Shown piece after piece: positions 50,940 to 58,184 of a DNA stretch of 58,184 nt. The notes under the pieces were generated by a model. That model was not told the DNA's origin and made no database searches. It saw only the letters and a list, made by a program, of their open reading frames with translations. This DNA is from Octopus sinensis (taxonomy: Eukaryota). The stretch spans positions 1 to 58,184 of the forward strand of contig NW_021834820.1 of NCBI RefSeq assembly GCF_006345805.1, read 5' to 3'. A program made the position numbers and the translations under genes. The first letter of the stretch is position 1. Every line of letters begins with the position of its first letter.

Positions 50940-52700
50940 CAAACATGGCTTCAAATTTTGGCATGGGGCCAACATATTTTGAGGGGAGGGGGAAGTGGAT
51001 TACAGCAACATCAGTACTTGTTTGGTACTTATTTTATCGACCTCGAAAAGATGAAAAAAACTAAAGTCAACCTCGGCGGAATTTGAACTCAGAACGCAAA
51101 ATCCTAAAGAAATTATGCTGCTATGCATTTTGTCAGTTGCGCTAACAATTCTGCCAGCTCGCAATCCTAGAACAAAAGACGGACGAAATGCCGCTGAGTA
51201 TTTTGTCCGGCGTGCTAACGGTTCTGCCAACTCCCCGCCTTAATAATCCCTTCTACTATAGGCACAAGGCTTGACATTTTGGTAAAGGGGCTAGTCGATT
51301 ACATCGACCCCAGTACTTCTCTCATCGACACCGAAAGGACGAAAGTCGAAATCGACCTCAGTGGTATTTGAACTCAGGACGTAGAGGGACGAAATGACGT
51401 TAAGCATTTTGTCCGGCGTGCTAAAGATTCTGCCAGCTCGCCACTTTATCGTTATAATAATAATTCTTTCTACTAAAGGTACAAGGCCTGAAATTTTGTG
51501 AGAGAGGACCAGTCGATTACATTGACCCCAGTGCTTAACTGGTACTTAATTTATCGACCTCGAAAGGATGAAAGGCAAAGCCAACCTCGGGATCTTTACC
51601 TTTTGACCAAGAGATTTAAAAAATAATTTTTTGTAACTAAACACTTTCAAATTTTGGACACTGGTAGACTGTGTCATATAAAACAAACAACGGCAGTAAT
51701 TTTATTCAGCTGAATACACGTCATTGATTGGTTAAAATTACCAAAATAGGACAACTTTAACGTGAAATAACATCGTAAAGATAAGTTTTTCTCAAAAATG
51801 CTAAGAGTAAAAGATGTTTTATATGACACAATTCTACCAGTGTCCGAAGTCTGAAAGTGTTTAGTTACAAAAAATTATTTTTTAAATATGTCGATCAAAA
51901 GGTAAAGATCCCAACCTCGGCGGAATTTGAGCGCAGAACGTAAAGATGGACGAAATGCCTATTTCTTTACTACCCACAAGGGGCTAAACACGGAAGAGAC
52001 AAACAAGGACAGACAGACGGATTAAGCCGATTATATCGACCCCAGTGCGTTACTGGTACTTAATTTATCGACCCCGAAAGGATGAAAGGCAAAGTCGACC
52101 TCGGCGGAATTTGAACTCAGAACGTAACGGCAGACGAAATGCCGTTAAACATTTTGCCCGGCATGCTAACGATTCTGCCAGCTCGCCACCTTAATCATTA
52201 TAATAATACTAAATAATAATTGTTTCCGATATAAACGCAAATCAATAAACAAAATTACCCTCGGCAGAATTTAAGCTCAAAATGCTAAGAGCCGGAACAA
52301 ATTCGGAAGGCATATTTACCCACAACGCCCTATCGATTCTGCCAACCCAACACCTTATAATTATTTTTAACACAAGGACGATGCCAGATAATTGGAATGC
52401 GGGGACACTCGATTGTATCGAATCCAAAAGTTGATTGGTACCCCCATTTCCTAGAACTCGGAGGAGGAAAAGAAAGGAAAGCTGACCTCGAAAAGATTTA
52501 AATTCAGAAAGCATAGAACCGGGACAAATACAGTAAGGACTATGTTTTCTCCAACATGTTAACGATTCTGTCAAACAACCATTTAACATTAACTGTTTCT
52601 AGTTTCGGCACAAGGCCAGCAGTTTTGAGAAGCGAGTTAGTCGATGCCATCGACGCGAGTACTTTACTGTTATATTTTCAACCACTAGGGGATGAAATCT
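50940..52700 (-). mobile_element. Cluster of tandem and nested SINE type E copies of different ages
   Basis: At least six same-orientation copies of gaaaggatgaaaggcaaagtcgacctcggcggaatttgaactcagaac or variants. Confidence 0.8.
51590..51911. mobile_element. MITE with GG-starting long TIRs and 8-bp TSD (Merlin-like)
   Basis: GGATCTTTACCTTTTGA...TCAAAAGGTAAAGATCC; ~95-bp imperfect TIRs; TSD caacctcg (51582-51589 and 51912-51919); inserted in a type E SINE. Confidence 0.85.
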
Positions 52701-53211
52701 TTATGTGGCAGATGAAATATTGCAAAATATTTTTCCAGTGCTTTAACTGTTGCTGCGAGCTTGCCGCTTGCCCTCCACGATCTAATAATAGCGATGCTGT
52801 TGATGATAACAGAAAAGAAAACTTTTAGAAACCCTCTGTGAATTGACGCAATGTTGTTAGGGAATGGTCAATGAGACAAGTGAACGTGCTCCGAAGGTTA
52901 AAAGTCTGCTTTAAAAATGGAAAGAAAAAAGGGGAAAACAGAAGGTGAAAAAGATGAGAACGTGAAGTTAGTGAGGTGTCACTGGTCGGAGTTGACCCAG
53001 CAAGCTTCAGATACGAGATTCAATTCTCAGTTGATTTCATAAAGGTATTTTGTTTATATTCAAATTTAAACCCTTAACACACACACAGACGGTGTTAGCC
53101 AAAATAAGTGCAATTTTTTCTTTTGTTAAAACACACCTTGAATAATTACACTTGTTATGTGTGCGTGTTCATATATTTATACGTGTGTGTGTGTGTGTGT
53201 GTGTTTGAGAA

Positions 53212-53242
<31 letters not shown>

Positions 53243-53669
53243 GAGAGAAAATGAATACTAATAGTGTGCTATCATGCATAACACGTTATCAGTGAGTTCA
53301 GGACTCAGTAATTGATCCCACATGAAAATTCTGATGCATTGTGAAAACCAACATCGTACGGGAGGGTAGATTAAAGTGCGGGTTCCAAAATACTGAAGAA
53401 ATGTGGCTCCGGTTTATTGAAACATGTGTATATTAAAGTATAAGAATACTAATAACGTTTTCTTTGTCTCTTATTACACAGCACACACACACACAAACAC
53501 ACATTTATATTATGTCATGTACACAGAGCTTTTATTATTTTACTTCACAGATTAAAATGTATGTTAACACAAACTGACGATTATAATATCACAATGATAA
53601 CTGTGATGCATTGTAACAATTCATGCTGGTAAGAACAACTACGGCTTTCATAATGATCTTTTCTGTGAA

Positions 53670-54300
53670 CAAAATGCGTCGGACAAAATGTTTAACAACA
53701 TTTCTTCTAGCTCTTTACATTCTGTGTTCAATTACCGCTGAGGTCAACTTTCCCGTTCATCCTTTCAGGATATATAAAATAAAGTACCTATTTCTTTATT
53801 ACCTACAAGGGGCTAAACATAGAGGGGACAAACAAGGACAGACAAACGGATTAAGTCGAATATATCGACCCCGGTGCGTAACTGGTACTTATTTAATCGA
53901 TCCCGAAAGGATGAAACGCAAAGTCGACCTCGGCGAAATTTGAACTCAGAACGTAGCGGCAGACGAAATACCTATTTCTTTACTACCCACAAGGGGCTAA
54001 ACACAGAGAGGACAAACAAGGATAGACAAACGGATTAAGTCGATTATATCACCGCGGTGCGTAACTGGTACTTAATTTATCGACCCCGAAAGGATGAAAA
54101 GCAAAGTCGACCTCGGTGGAATTTGAACTCAGAACGTAACGGCAGACGAAATACCGCTAAGCGTTTCGGCCGGGGTGCTAACGTTTCTGCCATCTCGCCG
54201 CCTTAGATAAAATAAAGTACCTATGAAGTACTGAGATTGATATAATTGATATGCTCCAAAAGTGTTGGTCTTGAGCCAAAATTAGAAAGAATTATTGTTG
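53670..54300. mobile_element. Old + strand SINE type E interrupted by a - strand type E dimer (53790-54204)
   Basis: ataaaataaagtaccta duplicated on both sides of the insert. Confidence 0.8.
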
Positions 54301-54614
54301 TTGTGTTTGAGGCAGGTTGTTGACAGAATCATTAAAGACGAACAAAATACCGACTCTTTACGTTTTGAGTTCAAATCCCACCTAGGCCAACTTTTCACCT
54401 TTCTAATGTCAATACAATGTTTGTTTGTTCCTTCTGAAGCCATGCCTGGCTCATAAGGGCCGGTTTCCCGGTTTCCTTGGCGTATGGGTACCCCACCTGG
54501 ACGGGACGCCAGTCCGTCACAGGTGAGTTGCACGATGCAGGAGGAAAGAGTGAGAGAAAGTTGTGGCGAAAGAGTCAGCAGAAGTTCGCCATTACAAAAA
54601 AAAAACAGAAAAAT

Positions 54615-54759
54615 AGCAGATATGGCAGTGTTGTTAAGAAGTTCGCTGCTCGCTTTGAAAAATGTTTCGGGTTCAGTCCTACTGCACAGTACCTTGGCCA
54701 ACCAATGTCCTGTGAGTGAATCTCAGCAGACGAAACTGTGTGGAAGCCCGTGAAAAATG

Positions 54760-54800
<41 letters not shown>

Positions 54801-55085
54801 GTATGTATGTATGTGTGTATGTATGTATGTGCGTGCGTGTGTGTCTGTGTATGTATTGATTTATGTGTATGTGCATTGGCTTATGTGTATGTCTTTGTGT
54901 TGTCATCCCCCTTCAACCGATTGACAGCCGGTAGTGGTTTATTTATGTCCCCGTAACTTGCCGATTCCGCAGAAGAGGCTGATAGAATAGAAAATATTAG
55001 CATTAGGGTCAAATTATTTGACTAAAATCCTTCAACGTAGTGCTCCAGCTTGGCAGTAGTCTAATAACTGAAACAAATAAAAAAT
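54615..55085 (+). mobile_element. SINE type A, diverged full length
   Basis: Head, internal TG tract and tail are recognisable. Confidence 0.7.
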
Positions 55086-55195
55086 AACAGCATTGGGATG
55101 TATTATGATGAAGGCCGGTTCGATCACGTTTGGCCTGGCGCTAAAGAACTCCACGGCAACAACACCAACACTGCCTCCGTAGAACGTAATACCAA

Positions 55196-55422
55196 TTTCT
55201 TTATGGCCCACAAGGGGCTAAACATAGAGGGGACAAACAAGGACAGACAAACGGATTAAGTCGATTGCAATGACCCCAGTGCGTAACTGGTACTTAATTT
55301 ATCGATCCCGAAAGAATGAAAGGCAAAGTCGACCTCGGCGGAATTTGAACTCAGAACGTAACGGCAAGACGAAATATGGCTACGCATTTCGCCCGGCGCG
55401 CTAACGTTTCTGCCAGCTCGCC
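55196..55422 (-). mobile_element. SINE type E
   Basis: TSD ccgtagaacgtaataccaa (55177-55195 and 55421-55439). Confidence 0.9.
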
Positions 55423-55833
55423 GTAGAACGTAATACCAAGGGTGTGGCATCGTTGCTATCTTTACGATGTTTACAGTATAAACGCTGAGCGGAAACGAAG
55501 CGATTGCAAGGCGTACGTTCATTGCCGTAGTGACCTTAAACTTGACGTAGTACGTAACTAACTACCAAGATAAGCTACTTGCTGACATTTAATGGGGAAT
55601 ATGGGGATAATGATAATGGTAATGGTGGTGTTGGTGGTGGTGGTGGTGATGGTGAGGCTGGTGGTATTTGAGGTATTGAAGGGATGAGGTTTTATGCTTC
55701 TACCTTAAATCTGAAGCCTATATCAAATATCTACAGAATATACTCAACTATATATACATACATACATACATACATACATAACTAGATAAATAGATGTGTG
55801 TATACATATATGTGTGTGTGTAGGATGTATGTA

Positions 55834-55880
<47 letters not shown>

Positions 55881-56459
55881 ATATATATATGTATGTATAT
55901 ACAATATATATTTATGTATGACAATATATATATATATGTATATATATATAGATATATATATTTATGTATGACAGTATATATGTGTGTGTGTGTGCGTGCG
56001 TGCAAGTACACACTCACATACGCGGACGTATACATGTATGTGCATGTGTGTGTTTGTATGAATGCATTCATACACACATACAAACATACATGCATACAAG
56101 CATACATACATGCATGCATACATACATACACCCATAGACACACACATGCACACAAACATAAATACGTACATACATACACATTTATATATGTATGCATGTA
56201 TATATGTATGCATATATGTATGTATATACGTATGTATGTATGTATGTTTGTATGTACGTACGTACGTGTGTTTGTATATTTGAGGCCAGCCCTAAAAGAG
56301 ACAGGTCTTTTAAAACAGCGTACCAACCTCCCGGCTTTCCTTGCTCGCGAATGTTACACTGTATATATATATATACATGTGGAATGACCGTCTCTCCAAA
56401 ATAACCACACTACTACATCATTTACCTACAAGTGTTTTGTGAAGGTGGCGATTAGTCTC

Positions 56460-56790
56460 AATTTGAACAAAGAAGAATTATGAGGATCAACGTGCAGGTG
56501 TAATTATTTTCTTGGTCAAATTAGGGAAATCATTCAAGAAGGTTTCTCGTAAATGTTATAGCGGGGCCTGTGCGGGACGAAATATTGTCTGAACCGTACA
56601 CAATGTTAAGAGTTTTACTAACGTTTCAAGTCGGGAAGAACATCCACCGAAAGACGACCTTCCGTGGCAACGACGTCGAGTGCGTTAATGAAGTTTGTGA
56701 TGTTATCTAAAAAAAATCGTGCTAGATTATCTTAAAAGAAAAATTAAAGCGGTGTCGTGATACCGCAAAGTTTGTAAAGATAACCGAATT
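56460..56790 (+). mobile_element. Decayed mariner transposase N-terminal (HTH) fragment
   Basis: Frameshifted FLVKLGKS...CLNRTQC...RFKSGRTSTE/DD. Confidence 0.6.
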
Positions 56791-57105
56791 ATAAGCAGTC
56801 GGAAGTTGTTTGACTGTTGAGGAAAAGTGTTATAATAGGTAAGTAAAGTAAAGTTACCTTCTCGGGGCATACCAACTCATAAGGGCCGGTTTCCCGGTTT
56901 CGGGGCGTATAAATTACCTGGACAGGACGCCGATCCATCGCAGGATTACTTATTTTGCCAAAGTTGCCATGTAAACTCCCCAGCACTTTTAACATAGGTG
57001 TGCAAATTTTCAGGTCAATCCGACCACATTTACTAACACTTTAGCCTGCACAACTGCTTGTGAGACAACGTCTGCCCTTTTCACAAATATAGAGTAGATA
57101 TATGG

Positions 57106-57175
<70 letters not shown>

Positions 57176-57404
57176 GTGTGTGCGTGTGTGTGTGTGTGTG
57201 TGTAATCAAACCAGTAACTAGAAGACGTGGGTTCCAGACACCGAGGAGACATTTCTCATTCTACAAAAACACACCACACTTATACACGAGTTCTGCTTTC
57301 ATATAAATGTATATGAATGTGAGCGTCAGAGTAAGTTTATGGAAGGGTAAGTATGTACAAGAGTGAAAAAATGTGCTGTACATAGTATTCTTTCTTTACC
57401 CCCA

Positions 57405-57684
57405 TTTCAAGCTTAGCCAGGCTCATGGGACCCGGTTTCCCGGTTTCTGTGGCGTATGTGTTCCCCCCAGCTGGACGGGACGCCAGTCCCTCGCAGTGTT
57501 ACTCAAGAAACAGGAAGAGAGAGTGAGAGAAAGTTGAGGCGAAAAAGTACAACAGGGGTCGTCGCCATCCCCTGCCGGAGCGTCGTGGGACTTTTAGGTG
57601 TTTTCGCTCAATAAACACACACACAACGCCCGGTCTGGGAATCGAAACTGCGATCCTCCGATCGCGAGTCCGCTGCCCTAACCA
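57405..57684 (-). mobile_element. SINE type B, tail ii
   Basis: Reverse-complement match to 19647-19960. Confidence 0.85.
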
Positions 57685-57935
57685 AAATTTTAAACTAGAC
57701 ACGTCACACAACCCTTTAAAGTATGAAATGTAACGGACAACGAACAAGAAAATGTAATTATTTTTGTATTTTTTCTGTCATGTTTCAGTATAAGGAATTT
57801 GAAATGCACAGCTGCGTGTACGAGCACGCACGCGCGTGTGTGTGTGTGTGTGTGTATGTGTGAGTGTTTGTGTGTGTGCATGTGTGTATGTGTGTAAATA
57901 CCCACAGTTACATGTGTATATATAAACATGTGCTT

Positions 57936-57991
<56 letters not shown>

Positions 57992-58184
57992 ATAATATAT
58001 ATTGTACATATATTGCGGTAAATATATACATACACATACACATATATACATAGTACGTAGGTATGAATGTATGTATATATGTAATATGTATGTATGCATG
58101 TATGCACGCATGCGGCATGTGGTATGTATTTATGTATGTATGCATGTATACATGTATGTATGTATGTATGTATGCATGTATACA

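Noticed and set aside
50940-52200. Regularly recurring repeats resembling a CRISPR array
   Set aside because: Eukaryotic SINE cluster with variable spacing and no cas genes.

Overview
Repeat-dense, AT-rich animal DNA, most likely from an octopus. That assignment is an inference from the SINE families and the microsatellite load. Nearly all ORFs in the supplied track are microsatellite artefacts. The only convincing host gene is the 3' end of a stum/SPEC3-family membrane protein gene on the + strand, with exons 47208-47381 and 49140-49204 joined in phase 1; I could not find its upstream conserved exon in the window. The rest is a layered set of mobile elements: at least five tRNA-derived SINE types with exchangeable modules, Dong/R4, RTE and CR1-like LINE ends, Helitrons, mariner/pogo/hAT remnants and a Merlin-like MITE. 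The most notable signal is a set of short non-coding Penelope-like elements carrying minimal type I hammerhead ribozyme motifs. Two of them are long fold-back palindromes with a ribozyme motif on each strand. All calls were made by eye, and the boundaries of decayed elements are approximate.
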